From positions 1 through 60,396 of the forward strand of contig CAZMRG010000002.1 of assembly GCA_964568655.1 (NCBI GenBank): a DNA stretch of 60,396 nucleotides, read 5' to 3'. Both the position numbers and the translations under genes were made by a program. A model generated the notes under the pieces. The model searched no databases. It was not told the origin of the DNA and was given only the letters and a program-made list of their open reading frames with translations. Below, piece after piece: positions 16,544 through 27,332 of this stretch (position 1 is its first letter; the number at the start of each line of letters is the position of its first letter). This DNA comes from an uncultured Ignavibacteriales bacterium. GTDB taxonomy: Bacteria; Bacteroidota; Ignavibacteria; Tepidaquicellales; OLB5.

Positions 16544-18193
16544 TTATTTGATCAATATCATTTTCTTAGTTGAAACATAGTCGTTTGCTATAAGCTTGTA
16601 GAAATATATACCGCTGGCATAACGCGATGCATCCCATGTAACCTTATACTGACCTGCTTTTACGTCCTGGTTCACAAGCGTTTCAACTTCCTGTCCCATA
16701 ACATTGAATACTGCAACCTTTACGAAAGCTTCTTTAGGAATATCAAACCGGACAGTAGTTGTGGGGTTAAACGGATTTGGATAATTCTGAGCCAAAACGT
16801 AACTTTCAGGCAATTGAGTTGAGATCTGTTCGATTCCAACCAGGTTCGAATATCTTGTAGTATAAATAACTGTTGAAACCGGCGGATTATTATATCTCAT
16901 TGAGCCAGTAACATAAACATGGTCTACATCAACAAAAGCGACCGCTGAAGCGTAATCATTTCCGTTGGCGCTGCCGTTCTCTCTCTTTCTCCATGATTCA
17001 ACTCCGTTTGAACGGTACTTGATCGTAAGAAAATCTGTCCCGTTGGAACCGGCGCTAGTACCTGTCACATAAACAGAGCTTGTGTCGCCGACTACAATAG
17101 ATACAGGGAAATCATCGCCCGCATCAGTTGTACGCGCAACCCACTGCTGAACCAGACTTGAATTGTATTTCAAAGTAGCATAATCAAAATTTGTTGATCC
17201 GCCATGGCTATAACCGGTGACGTAAACATTGTTGCTGGCGTCAATTGTCATTGCGGTCATAACTTCAATACTGTTAAGATTATTATCATAGAAAGCAATT
17301 CCAAGGCTGTCGCCGTTCATACTGTATTTGATAACAGCGTAATCCTGAACAGATGTAGGCCTGGTGCACGACCCGCCGACATACAGATTTGCGGCAGTGT
17401 TATCTAAAACCAAACCGATTGGAACATCATCAAGCGAAGAGCTGCCGTTGAATTTCTTAACCCATTGAATTGATCCTGAGCTGTTAATTCTCATCGTCAT
17501 AAAATCAGCCCCCGGAGAATTTCCTGATTGTCCGGTAACATACACATTTCCGGACCCGTCTACTTTTACTGAACGCGCCTCATCAAAAGATGTAGATACT
17601 CCTCCGGTATATACAACCGGCCATCCTGAAGGAACGTTGCCATTTGCATCATATTTGAGTATAGTGAACTTCTGGCCTAATCCGCCTGCCACATCGCTTC
17701 TTCCGGCAGTATAAACATTGCCTGAATTATCTACAGCTACTGAAAAACCATAGTCTCCGCCGTTATTAGATCCATTGTACCTTTTTATCCATGTTGTATC
17801 GCCTGTGGTTGCATTATACTTAATGGTTATAATGTCTCTGCCCGGATTGAAAGTCCATCCGCATACAAAAACTGAACTATTATCGCATGTAATAGCCAGC
17901 GGCCTGTCTGATGAAGGACCCACCATCTTTTTAACCCACAGTGTATCCCCTGTTACGGGATTATATTTAATCGTTACTATATCTTCGGCGGTAGTTGCGC
18001 CTTTTGTCCACCCGGTAACGAAAACGTCGCCGTTCGAATTAACGCACATTGAAACGCAGGAGTCCTGTACATTACCGGAACCATTATATATTTTGTTCCA
18101 GTATGTATAGGGTATCTGGGCGTTAAGCCCTGAGAAACCAAAAACTAAGAACAAAAAAACGATTGCGAAAAGTTTAAAGTAATTGTTTTTCAT
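16544..18193 (-). CDS. Secreted SBBP (beta-propeller) repeat protein with a T9SS C-terminal sorting domain.
   Basis: Signal peptide, about 8 repeats of the ...D.SGNVYVTG.S...DF.T.KY... type, and a C-terminal QNYPNPFNPTT...GIYFYKL...KKMILIK. Confidence 0.8.
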   Translation of the reverse strand: MKNNYFKLFAIVFLFLVFGFSGLNAQIPYTYWNKIYNGSGNVQDSCVSMCVNSNGDVFVTGWTKGATTAEDIVTIKYNPVTGDTLWVKKMVGPSSDRPLAITCDNSSVFVCGWTFNPGRDIITIKYNATTGDTTWIKRYNGSNNGGDYGFSVAVDNSGNVYTAGRSDVAGGLGQKFTILKYDANGNVPSGWPVVYTGGVSTSFDEARSVKVDGSGNVYVTGQSGNSPGADFMTMRINSSGSIQWVKKFNGSSSLDDVPIGLVLDNTAANLYVGGSCTRPTSVQDYAVIKYSMNGDSLGIAFYDNNLNSIEVMTAMTIDASNNVYVTGYSHGGSTNFDYATLKYNSSLVQQWVARTTDAGDDFPVSIVVGDTSSVYVTGTSAGSNGTDFLTIKYRSNGVESWRKRENGSANGNDYASAVAFVDVDHVYVTGSMRYNNPPVSTVIYTTRYSNLVGIEQISTQLPESYVLAQNYPNPFNPTTTVRFDIPKEAFVKVAVFNVMGQEVETLVNQDVKAGQYKVTWDASRYASGIYFYKLIANDYVSTKKMILIK

Positions 18194-18419
18194 CTAAGTA
18201 ATAGAAGTTTGTTTTAATTTTACTGATCAATTTCAACTGTACTAAGTTAGCCGTCAATAGGTAGTGATACAATACCGAAATAACGGTATCCGGCACCTAG
18301 TACCTATCTTTATAATTGACTTGTAATAAATGATATAAACATAAAACACTTTAAATATAGCTTAAAATAGAATTTCTAACAATAACCTCACAAAAATAAT
18401 TAGTAGTTTGTCACATACT

Positions 18420-18454
18420 AAAAAAATGGGAACTTCCCTAAGGGAAATTCCCAT
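18420..18454 (-). terminator. Intrinsic terminator.
   Basis: ATGGGAACTTCCC-TAA-GGGAAATTCCCAT followed on the minus strand by T7. Confidence 0.65.
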
Positions 18455-18484
18455 CATGCTGAATTATATTGAACTTAAGATCTC

Positions 18485-20119
18485 TTATTTAACAAGCGCC
18501 ATTTTTTTAGTGTCGGTAAAGCCATTGGCCGTTATTCTGTAAAAATAGATACCGCTTGACAATGATGAAGCGTCAACAGAGTATTCATAAGAACCGGGGC
18601 TTAAAGAGCCGCTGTATGGATTTAATACCGTTTTCCCTTCGATATTATAAATCTGTATTCCAACGGTGGAAGATACAGGTAAATCAAATTTGATCTTCGT
18701 GGTAGGATTAAACGGATTTGGATAATTCTGCATAAGACTGAATTTTGTCGGCGTCTGGTTTGATACCGGCTGTATTCCAACCAGAGGCGAATACTTTACA
18801 GTTGCAAAGTCAAATCCTGATATCGTGCCCATACTTCTGCCGGTTACAAAAACATCCCCCTGATGATCGACGGCAATGGATGTAGCATAATCGCTGGAGT
18901 TTGCCGGGCCGTTATAAGTCCATGCCCAAAGTTTATCACCCATAGGGTCGTATTTAATAGTTGTATAATCGTTAGAGGTAGCCACTAAATTGCTTGAACC
19001 TGATACATAGACATTTCCCGCATCGTCAAGGCTAATAGCACGAGGCACGTCATTTGAACTTCCCGGGCCGAAATAAAACTGCACCCATTGAAATACTCCG
19101 TTTGTATTATATTTAACTGTGGCGTAATTTGAATCGTTTGCTATAACACTGGATGTTGAACCTGTTACATAAACATCGCCTGCGCTGGTGACCGCCATTG
19201 CATTTGCAAAATCGCCCCCATTATAAGAACTGTTATATCTCTGAACCCATTGCTGTACTCCGGCCGGGCTGTATTTTATTGTAGCATAATCGACGCCGGT
19301 AGAGCCGCCATCGCTTTGTCCTGTAACATATACATTACCCGAACCGTCTAGTTTCAGGTCATACGCAACATCACCGCCGTTGGCAGGACCGTTGTATGTA
19401 TTAACCCACAGCGGAACGCCGTCTGAACTGTATTTAATCGTTACATAATCATAACCGCTTGTCGCGCCGATGCTGCCGCCTGTTAAATAAATATTCGAAG
19501 ATCCATCTACCTGCATGGCAGTAGTAACGTCATAGCCGTTTCCCGGGCCGTTATATGTTTGCACCCATTGCTGTACGCCGGCTGAATTGTATTTTATCAG
19601 GACTATATCCTGGCTGTTTGAGACACTCATGCTTGAACCTGAAACATATACATTACCCGAATTATCCACCGCAATACATCTGGCTTCATCAAACGCATGC
19701 GCCGGCCCGTCATAAACCGCATTCCATAAAGGAACTCCGCTTGAGCTGTATGCAAGCGTAGTTATATCAGCGTTTGTAGCGCCCCCGTCGCATCTGCCCG
19801 TTACATAAATATTCCCGTTCATATCGCTGGCTATGGCAAAAGAATAATCGCCCCCATGGTTTGGACCGTCAAAAGTTCGGCTCCAAATCAAGTTCCCGCT
19901 GTTATCATATTTCACAGTCGTCATGTCTTTGCTGGTATTTGTATTTGTACTGTAGCCAGTTACAATTACATTTGAAGAAGGGTCAAGGGTGAGCGCATAA
20001 GAATAATCAGTTGAATTAGCTGTTCCGTTGAATCTTGAAACCCACTGCTGAGAAACATTTTGAGAAAAGACCTGGATAGTTAATAGCAGGAAAAACAGAA
20101 TGAAAGTTAAAGCTTTCAT
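18485..20119 (-). CDS. Secreted SBBP repeat protein with a T9SS C-terminal sorting domain (paralogue of 16544-18193).
   Basis: Same architecture as its neighbour: signal peptide, about 9 GNVYVTG/DY.T.KY repeats and a QNYPNPFNPTT... tail. Confidence 0.8.
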   Translation of the reverse strand: MKALTFILFFLLLTIQVFSQNVSQQWVSRFNGTANSTDYSYALTLDPSSNVIVTGYSTNTNTSKDMTTVKYDNSGNLIWSRTFDGPNHGGDYSFAIASDMNGNIYVTGRCDGGATNADITTLAYSSSGVPLWNAVYDGPAHAFDEARCIAVDNSGNVYVSGSSMSVSNSQDIVLIKYNSAGVQQWVQTYNGPGNGYDVTTAMQVDGSSNIYLTGGSIGATSGYDYVTIKYSSDGVPLWVNTYNGPANGGDVAYDLKLDGSGNVYVTGQSDGGSTGVDYATIKYSPAGVQQWVQRYNSSYNGGDFANAMAVTSAGDVYVTGSTSSVIANDSNYATVKYNTNGVFQWVQFYFGPGSSNDVPRAISLDDAGNVYVSGSSNLVATSNDYTTIKYDPMGDKLWAWTYNGPANSSDYATSIAVDHQGDVFVTGRSMGTISGFDFATVKYSPLVGIQPVSNQTPTKFSLMQNYPNPFNPTTKIKFDLPVSSTVGIQIYNIEGKTVLNPYSGSLSPGSYEYSVDASSLSSGIYFYRITANGFTDTKKMALVK

Positions 20120-20389
20120 AAAGACCCCCTTTATGTTTGCCCGAAGGCAAGAATGAAATTGTTTAAAACTAATTTTGGTCCCGTATGAAATAACCGAATA
20201 AATTAGTAAGAATTACTAGTTATTTCTGCCATCCTCTTGTAATAAACTTAACGTATTTAAGAGATGCCCGCAATAGCGTTTTCAGTGAATTAATTACATT
20301 CCATTTCTTAAATTGTGCATATTTCTTTTTATTTCATCAGAAAAAAAGGTAAATTTGTTAAACTGTGAATTTATTTATATTTTTTTATT

Positions 20390-22165
20390 ATGAAAAAGGC
20401 AATCTTGGCTACTCTGGCATTCAGCATTTCGTTTTTACTTATTAATGGTTTCAGACCCTCCTCGCCCCTAAATAATTCGGGTATTCAATATCCATTTCAA
20501 ACCTTAAATTCGGGTATAGACAAAACAGAAACTTCCGAAAGCGTTCGTGAGAAATTATTTTCCATGAGCCTCCGGGAAAAAATCGCGCAAATGGTTATAT
20601 CAAGCGCTATACCCGATAATCTAAGCGAGAACTCGGCAGAATTTTTGAAACTTAAGAAGTTGAGCGCTGTTACTAAGGTAGGCGGATTCATTTTTTTTAA
20701 AGGAAGCTGTTCAGAATATGCGAAACTATCAAACAAACTGCAGGGATTTTCAGAAACACCGTTATTAATTTCTGCGGACTTTGAAAGAGGAACCGGAATG
20801 CGCGTAACAGACGCGGTACTCTTTCCTAACAACATGGCAATTGGCGCAACAAGGAATTATGAACTTGCTTATAAAATGGGACTGGAGATAGCGCGTGAAT
20901 CAAGACTGCTTGGAATTGAACAGGACTATGCCCCGGTATGCGACGTAAATAATAATCCCGGTAACCCGATAATAAACGTGCGGTCATTCGGAGAGGACCC
21001 TGAGCTGGTTTCAAGAATGTCTGAAAGCGAAATAAAGGGGCTGCAGGACGGCAAAGTAATTGCCACCGCGAAGCATTTCCCCGGGCACGGGGATACAGAT
21101 ATTGATTCACATAAAGACCTCCCGGTTTTGAATTTTGATATGGACAGGCTGAACAAAACAGAGCTTGTGCCTTTCAAAAATGCGATAAGTAAAAATGTAA
21201 TGTCGGTCATGATAGCGCATCTTTCATTTCCGGCTCTTGAATCTCAGGAACATATCCCGGCATCGCTATCCGCAAATATCGTCGATGGCCTTTTGATCGA
21301 TAAGCTTGGTTTTGGCGGACTTGTAGTAACGGACGCGCTGAATATGAAAGGGATCACAAAATATTTTTCAATTTCCGAAGTAGCTTTGATGTGCGTTAAT
21401 GCCGGCATAGACTTAATTCTGATGCCGATTGATGAAGAAACAACGATCAGCGCAATAGAAGACGCAGTGAATAAAGGAAGCATCAGCGAAGACAGGATCA
21501 ATAGATCAGTTGAAAAAATTCTGAAAGCAAAAGAGTGGGCAGGCCTGTTTGAAACCAGAACAGTTAATACGGAAAACGTCAATAATTCAATTAACACAGA
21601 CGAGGCAACGGACCTAAGCCAGCAAATAGCGGACCAATCAGTGACTCTTGTAAAAGACAATAACAATATTGTTCCTTTCAAAGGGAATATCAGTAAGACG
21701 CTTATCATTAACTTAAGCGACGGGTCGGATAACATTAATTCAGATTATTTTTCAACCAAAGCCTCAGAATATTTCAACGGCATTGATATAGTTAATGTTA
21801 ATTCGGATAAGGTAAGCGCCGAACAAAGTTCTGCTATAGACGCCGCACAGAACTATGACTGCGTTTTAATAGGAGTATTTGCAAAAGTAAAATACGGCGC
21901 CGGTAAAATCTCAATTCCGGTTTCTCAAATCGGCATTATCAATTCCGTTGCTTCAAAAAATAAAAATACAGCAGTTATTTCTTTCGGCAACCCGTATTTG
22001 TTAAAAGATTTTCCGGATATACCGAACTATATATGCGCATATGGGGATGCGAACGTATCCGAGATTGCTGTTCTAAAAGCTTTGACCGGGAAAATTAAAA
22101 TAAACGGCAAACTTCCTGTCAGTATTAACGAGTCATACTCATTCGGAGCCGGCTTAAGCAGGTAA
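20390..22165 (+). CDS. Glycoside hydrolase family 3 protein (beta-N-acetylhexosaminidase / beta-glucosidase type).
   Basis: 591 aa with a signal peptide, KHFPGHGDTDIDSH, the GLVVTDAL nucleophile region and a C-terminal alpha/beta domain. Confidence 0.9.
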   Translation: MKKAILATLAFSISFLLINGFRPSSPLNNSGIQYPFQTLNSGIDKTETSESVREKLFSMSLREKIAQMVISSAIPDNLSENSAEFLKLKKLSAVTKVGGFIFFKGSCSEYAKLSNKLQGFSETPLLISADFERGTGMRVTDAVLFPNNMAIGATRNYELAYKMGLEIARESRLLGIEQDYAPVCDVNNNPGNPIINVRSFGEDPELVSRMSESEIKGLQDGKVIATAKHFPGHGDTDIDSHKDLPVLNFDMDRLNKTELVPFKNAISKNVMSVMIAHLSFPALESQEHIPASLSANIVDGLLIDKLGFGGLVVTDALNMKGITKYFSISEVALMCVNAGIDLILMPIDEETTISAIEDAVNKGSISEDRINRSVEKILKAKEWAGLFETRTVNTENVNNSINTDEATDLSQQIADQSVTLVKDNNNIVPFKGNISKTLIINLSDGSDNINSDYFSTKASEYFNGIDIVNVNSDKVSAEQSSAIDAAQNYDCVLIGVFAKVKYGAGKISIPVSQIGIINSVASKNKNTAVISFGNPYLLKDFPDIPNYICAYGDANVSEIAVLKALTGKIKINGKLPVSINESYSFGAGLSR

Positions 22166-22265
22166 CGCCGGGAAATCCGAGACTTAAGTGATTGTCATTG
22201 GCGAATTATTCTTATATATTTGTTTGCCTGCAATTCACAAATTAACCACACGAAAGGACATCCAT

Positions 22266-22973
22266 ATGAACCATAATTACAAAGCAATATTCACGAAAAG
22301 ATGGACAATTACCGCCTTTGGATCGCTTATTATATTATTAGCATTATATTTATCAGGTTGCGTAAATTACGACCAGAAAACAACTTTAAAAGCGGACGGC
22401 TCGGGGTCAATGTCAATCCACTATTGGACAAAGATGAGCAATCTCACAATGGGAACCGCAATCGGCAAATTTGATTTTGACGAACAAAAAGCAAAAGATA
22501 ACTATACCAGCGCTAACACGACCGTTAAAAGCGTAAAGGTTGAAGAAAAACCTACAGAAGACAGCACAAAGCATGTAATGGTTGAGCTTGATTTCAAAGA
22601 TATAAACAAACTGACTGATGCAAAAGGATTTTCGGAAGTAAAACCTTCTTGGAAAGAAGTTGCAGACGGCATGGAACTGAAATACACTTTGCTCAAAGAT
22701 TCATCAGCTGCAAACAACATGGGCTCGAGCGATTATAAAGTAACCTACAACTTTGAAATGCCGAGCGAAATAGTTTCTACAAACGGCACAAAAGACGGGC
22801 AGAAAGTTTCATGGGATTATAAAGTATCCGACCTTGGGAAAGATATAGATATGACGGTTGTTGTAAAGAAACCAAAAGGTAAACTTTGCGGAATGTTCGG
22901 GATCATTTTAGGAACCGTGGTTATCGGATTTGCATATTCAAGGCAGAGAAAGAATAAAAGCAACAAAGTATAA
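22266..22973 (+). CDS. Hypothetical lipoprotein with a C-terminal TM anchor.
   Basis: Lipobox LYLSGC. I prefer the internal ATG at 22266 to the track start at 22188. Confidence 0.6.
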   Translation: MNHNYKAIFTKRWTITAFGSLIILLALYLSGCVNYDQKTTLKADGSGSMSIHYWTKMSNLTMGTAIGKFDFDEQKAKDNYTSANTTVKSVKVEEKPTEDSTKHVMVELDFKDINKLTDAKGFSEVKPSWKEVADGMELKYTLLKDSSAANNMGSSDYKVTYNFEMPSEIVSTNGTKDGQKVSWDYKVSDLGKDIDMTVVVKKPKGKLCGMFGIILGTVVIGFAYSRQRKNKSNKV

Positions 22974-22997
22974 TACAGATTTGACTTTTTGAAAACT

Positions 22998-23031
22998 AAA
23001 AGGCTCTTCGATAAACGAAGAGCTTTTTTTT
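22998..23031. terminator. Bidirectional intrinsic terminator.
   Basis: GCTCTTCG-ATAAA-CGAAGAGC flanked by an A-run and T8, between convergent genes. Confidence 0.7.
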
Positions 23032-23058
23032 ATCATCGAAAATCGATTAAACCTACGC

Positions 23059-24177
23059 TTACAATGCTGTAAATTTGATAAGGGCTTCGGCGCCCGCATT
23101 GTTTTTATATTCTACCAGCCCGCCCAGCTGTTTTGAAAGAGTATCAACCAGCATTATCCCCAGCGTATCTTTCGCGTCTGAACTGAAGAAACTGTCAGGA
23201 AAGCCCACACCGTTGTCTTTCACAAACAAAATGTATTGCTTGCCGGAGTTTGAGAGGTTAATATGGACATGCGGTTTCATTGAATCGTCGAATCCGTGTT
23301 TAAAACTGTTAGTGACAAGCTCAGTGATGATCAGGGAACATGGAATTGCCATATCTACGCCAAGCTTAATATTGTTGGATTCGATCTTGAACTTTACCAG
23401 CCTGGTCCTTCCGCTGTAAGCATTTACAAGACTCGCCATAAGCTTTTTAATGTATTCGCCGAAATCGATATTCGCAAGGTCCTCGGACATATAAAGGCTT
23501 TCATGAATCATTGACATAGACTTCACCCGGTTTTCAGATTCCAGAAGAATATCTTTTGTTGCGTTGTCTTTGAGTTTGCTTTGCTGAAGCCTTAACAAGC
23601 TTGAAATGATCTGGAAATTGTTTTTCACCCTGTGGTGAATTTCCTTAATAAGTATGTTTTTTTCTTTTAAAGTATTTGAGAGCTTTTCGCTTGCGCACTT
23701 TTTATCGGTAATATCTTCGTCAAGCTCCATAGTAATATCAGAGTCTTTGCCGCGGCCCCTGACAAGGTATGTATTATACCACCTGTATTCGTCGCTTGAA
23801 ACGCTTTTCATCCTCACTTCCCTATTGAAGAAATGTCCCTTCTTCAACTCGTCCTTAATCATCTTTGTATTTCGTACACAATAATCATAATCATCCGGAT
23901 GGACCAGAAAATGTTCTTCATTTTGAATCGCTTTTCTCAGTTTTTCGATATTGCCGGGGGTAATGCCTGTGGACTTATAATATGCCGGGTTGGCATAAAT
24001 AAGCTCGCCTTTTTTCCATATAGATACGTTAGTAGGAATTGATTCTAATAGGTTCCATACAAGACTATCGGGAACCTGAGGAAGGAATCCTGTGACTGCG
24101 TTTATACTATTGATCCCGGACAAACCGTCGCGGAATAATAGCGGTATTTCAAAAGGGTTTTGCGTGCTGTTTTTCAT
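23059..24177 (-). CDS. PAS-domain sensor histidine kinase (HisKA_2 / HWE-like type), with no adjacent response regulator.
   Basis: H-box EIHHRVKNNFQIISSLLRLQ and HATPase N/G boxes (ELVTNSFKHGF, VKDNGVGFP). Confidence 0.85.
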   Translation of the reverse strand: MKNSTQNPFEIPLLFRDGLSGINSINAVTGFLPQVPDSLVWNLLESIPTNVSIWKKGELIYANPAYYKSTGITPGNIEKLRKAIQNEEHFLVHPDDYDYCVRNTKMIKDELKKGHFFNREVRMKSVSSDEYRWYNTYLVRGRGKDSDITMELDEDITDKKCASEKLSNTLKEKNILIKEIHHRVKNNFQIISSLLRLQQSKLKDNATKDILLESENRVKSMSMIHESLYMSEDLANIDFGEYIKKLMASLVNAYSGRTRLVKFKIESNNIKLGVDMAIPCSLIITELVTNSFKHGFDDSMKPHVHINLSNSGKQYILFVKDNGVGFPDSFFSSDAKDTLGIMLVDTLSKQLGGLVEYKNNAGAEALIKFTAL

Positions 24178-24514
24178 AATGCACCTGTTTTAATTCATCG
24201 GTAATATAGCGATTAATAAAAGCGCTTATGTTCACGTAAAACAGTGAAGAATAATTATTTACCTCTTTGCACCGTTCAATGTAGTGATAATAAGACATCT
24301 AAAAAAGAAGACTATATCGCATTTTTTCCCGACTGCTTAATAATGATCGATTTTAATTATGTGAAGCGCTTATCTAACCATTGAATTTCATTGAGACTTA
24401 AATCACTTTTCGGTATATTTGTTGAATAAATCGCATTTTCAAAACCCAAATGATGGTTTGCGGATTCCGGCATAAATGTAACCAAACCTGATTTTGACAC
24501 AACATTTCTAAGAT

Positions 24515-25693
24515 TTGCATTCAAAACTTAAAATATTACTTTTTTCACTGTTAATTCTTTGTTCATCTTATTCTCAGGGAAAGAAGTATGATTTTTCTTC
24601 GCTTGATAAAATAATAGATAACGCTATCAGCGCACATGACTTCCCTTCTGCGGAACTGGTCGTAGGAAATGCAAAAGAAATATTATATCAAAATGCATAC
24701 GGAAGATTGACTTACGATGACGATGCCAAGCCCACAACATTAAAAACAATTTATGACCTTGCCTCAGTTACCAAAGTGATTGCGACAACTTCTGCGATAA
24801 TGAAACTTTATGAAGAAGGCAAGCTTGATCTGGATGCGCCGGTTGCAACGTATATCCCTGAATTTGCAGTGAACGGCAAGGGAGATATAACCGTAACCAA
24901 CCTGCTGCTTCACAATTCAGGATTAACCGCATGGACCCCATTCTACCAGACAATGTCAACTGCACAGGAAGTAAAAAACGCCGTATTCAACTGTTCGAAA
25001 GAATATTCCACCGGTTCGCAAACGTTGTACAGCGATTATAACGCATTCCTGCTCGGTGAAATTGTTGAGCGAATAAGCGGCGAAAGGCTTGACAAATTCT
25101 GCAAAGAAAATATTTTTGATCCGCTTGGAATGACCGACACTGATTTTTTGATACCACTCTCTGAAGATTACCGTATTGCTCCGACGGAAAATGACACATA
25201 CTGGCGCAACCAGTTACTTATCGGTTATGTTCACGATGAGATGGCTGCTTTACTTGAAGGAGTTTCAGGGAACGCTGGGTTATTTTCAACCGCGCCTGAT
25301 CTGTATAAATTCATGCAAATGATGCTGAACCGCGGCATGTATCCCGATGAACGGAGGATGTCAAAAACAGTTTCCTATGATACTTTATTTAAAGACCAGA
25401 CTATTGATATGTTCACAACAAAAGTTACGGGGCTTGGATATAATAATACAAGAGCTCTGGGGTGGGAAACAAAACCTGAACCGACAAAGTATCCGCCTCT
25501 TTGCGGCAACAAATTTTCTACAAACAGTTTCGGGCATACAGGCTATACCGGCACCAGCGTTTGGTGCGACAAGGATAAAAGTATTATTGTGATATTATTA
25601 ACCAACAGGGTTTATCCCAAACGCGGAAACGAAGAGATCAGGAACGTGAGGCCAAAAGTCCACGACGAAGTTTGCAAAATACTTGGATATTGA
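24515..25693 (+). CDS. Serine hydrolase of the beta-lactamase (class C / PBP4*-like) family.
   Basis: Signal peptide, SVTK active-site motif, YSDYN and HTGYTG motifs. TTG start as given in the track. Confidence 0.85.
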   Translation: MHSKLKILLFSLLILCSSYSQGKKYDFSSLDKIIDNAISAHDFPSAELVVGNAKEILYQNAYGRLTYDDDAKPTTLKTIYDLASVTKVIATTSAIMKLYEEGKLDLDAPVATYIPEFAVNGKGDITVTNLLLHNSGLTAWTPFYQTMSTAQEVKNAVFNCSKEYSTGSQTLYSDYNAFLLGEIVERISGERLDKFCKENIFDPLGMTDTDFLIPLSEDYRIAPTENDTYWRNQLLIGYVHDEMAALLEGVSGNAGLFSTAPDLYKFMQMMLNRGMYPDERRMSKTVSYDTLFKDQTIDMFTTKVTGLGYNNTRALGWETKPEPTKYPPLCGNKFSTNSFGHTGYTGTSVWCDKDKSIIVILLTNRVYPKRGNEEIRNVRPKVHDEVCKILGY

Positions 25694-25745
25694 AATAAGA
25701 AATAATAAATAACATAAAAAATCTAACTAATACTGATAATATTAT

Positions 25746-27293
25746 ATGAAGGCATTTAAGAACGAACCGCTTACCGATTTTTCAAATAAGAAGAACGCTG
25801 CAAAATTCAAACTTGCTCAGGAAAAAGTCCAGGCAGAGCTTGGCAAAGATTACCCCGTCATAATAGGCGGAGAAAAGATATTTACCGATGATAAAATAAA
25901 TTCTCTTAATCCGTCTAACATCAGTGAGGTAGTAGGCAAAGTCTCCAAAGCTACTCCGGATATGGCTGAAAAAGCTATTCAAAGGGCGCACGCAACATTT
26001 GATTCATGGAAAAGAGTGTCTGAAAAGAAAAGAGCCGGATTTCTTTTGAAAGCGGCAAAGCTGATGAGAAAAAGGAAATTTGAGTTTGCCGCATGGATGG
26101 TTTATGAAGTCGGCAAAAACTGGGCCGAAGCAGACGGCGACGTTGCCGAAGCTATCGACTTCATGGAGTTTTACGCAAGGGAAGCTCACAGGTACGCTAA
26201 AGGGCGAAAACTTGTAAAAATAAAAGGCGAGGATAATTACCAGGAATATATCCCGCTGGGCGTTGGGGTTGTAATACCGCCATGGAATTTTCCTCTCGCA
26301 ATACTTGTTGGAATGACAACGGCATCTTTTGTTTCCGGCAATACAGTTGTGTTAAAACCTTCGAGCGACTCCCCTATTATAGGTTACAAGTTCATCGAGC
26401 TTCTTGAAGAAATAGGCCTCCCTGCAGGCGTAGTTAATTTTCTTCCGGGCTCAGGCAGCCTGATAGGCGATATATTAACTGAGCATCCGCTTACAAGATA
26501 TGTATCATTTACGGGTTCTAAAGAAGTTGGGTTAAGAATAAACGAACTGGCAGCTAAATACAGGCCGGGACAGAAATGGATCAAGCGCGTAGTAGCTGAA
26601 ATGGGAGGCAAAGATTCTATTGTTGTTGACGACGAACTCAAATCGATAGAAGACGCCGCGGCAGGAGTTATTTCTTCGGCGTTTGGTTTCCAGGGGCAAA
26701 AATGTTCGGCATGTTCAAGAGTCATAGTATCTGAAAAGATATATGATGATTTCATCGACCTGCTGGTTGATAAAGCTTCGTCGCTCAAAATGGGCGAGAC
26801 AAAAGATAATCCTAATATGGGACCGGTTGTTAACGCCCGCGCCCAGGAAACCATTTTGAATTACATTAAGAAAGGCGTTGAAGAAGGCGGACGTATTGTG
26901 TTCGGCGGTGAAAAAGGCGAAGGAAACGGGTATTATATAAAACCCACTATCATAGCAGATGTGAAACCAATGGATACAATATCACAGCAGGAAATTTTTG
27001 GACCGGTTCTTGCAGTAATTAAAGCCAGGGATTTTGACGAAGGATTAGAGATTGCAAACAATACTGAATACGGATTAACCGGAGCCGCTTATTCAAAGAA
27101 CAAAAAGAAAATAAAGAAAGCGGCTAAAGAATTCTTTGTAGGTAATTTGTATCTTAACAGAAAATGCACCGGAGCGCTTGTTGCAGTCCAGCCGTTTGGC
27201 GGATTCAATATGAGCGGAACCTGCTCTAAGGCCGGGGGGTTTGATTACCTGCTTTTGTTTATGCAGACAAAAGTTGTCGCCGAAAAAGTATAA
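25746..27293 (+). CDS. pruA: L-glutamate gamma-semialdehyde (1-pyrroline-5-carboxylate) dehydrogenase.
   Basis: 515 aa. Aldehyde dehydrogenase motifs (EMGGKD, FGFQGQKCSACSR) in the RocA/PruA-length form. Confidence 0.88.
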   Translation: MKAFKNEPLTDFSNKKNAAKFKLAQEKVQAELGKDYPVIIGGEKIFTDDKINSLNPSNISEVVGKVSKATPDMAEKAIQRAHATFDSWKRVSEKKRAGFLLKAAKLMRKRKFEFAAWMVYEVGKNWAEADGDVAEAIDFMEFYAREAHRYAKGRKLVKIKGEDNYQEYIPLGVGVVIPPWNFPLAILVGMTTASFVSGNTVVLKPSSDSPIIGYKFIELLEEIGLPAGVVNFLPGSGSLIGDILTEHPLTRYVSFTGSKEVGLRINELAAKYRPGQKWIKRVVAEMGGKDSIVVDDELKSIEDAAAGVISSAFGFQGQKCSACSRVIVSEKIYDDFIDLLVDKASSLKMGETKDNPNMGPVVNARAQETILNYIKKGVEEGGRIVFGGEKGEGNGYYIKPTIIADVKPMDTISQQEIFGPVLAVIKARDFDEGLEIANNTEYGLTGAAYSKNKKKIKKAAKEFFVGNLYLNRKCTGALVAVQPFGGFNMSGTCSKAGGFDYLLLFMQTKVVAEKV

Positions 27294-27332
27294 ATAAACA
27301 TTGGTGAGCTTAGGCGGATCAATGTTACAAAT

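Noticed and set aside
24357-24473. A 38-aa minus-strand mini-ORF (MPESANHHLGFENAIYSTNIPKSDLSLNEIQWLDKRFT) in the gap between the kinase and serine hydrolase genes.
   Set aside because: It has no RBS or recognisable motif, and it lies on the wrong side of the divergent promoter region to be a leader peptide. It is indistinguishable from chance.
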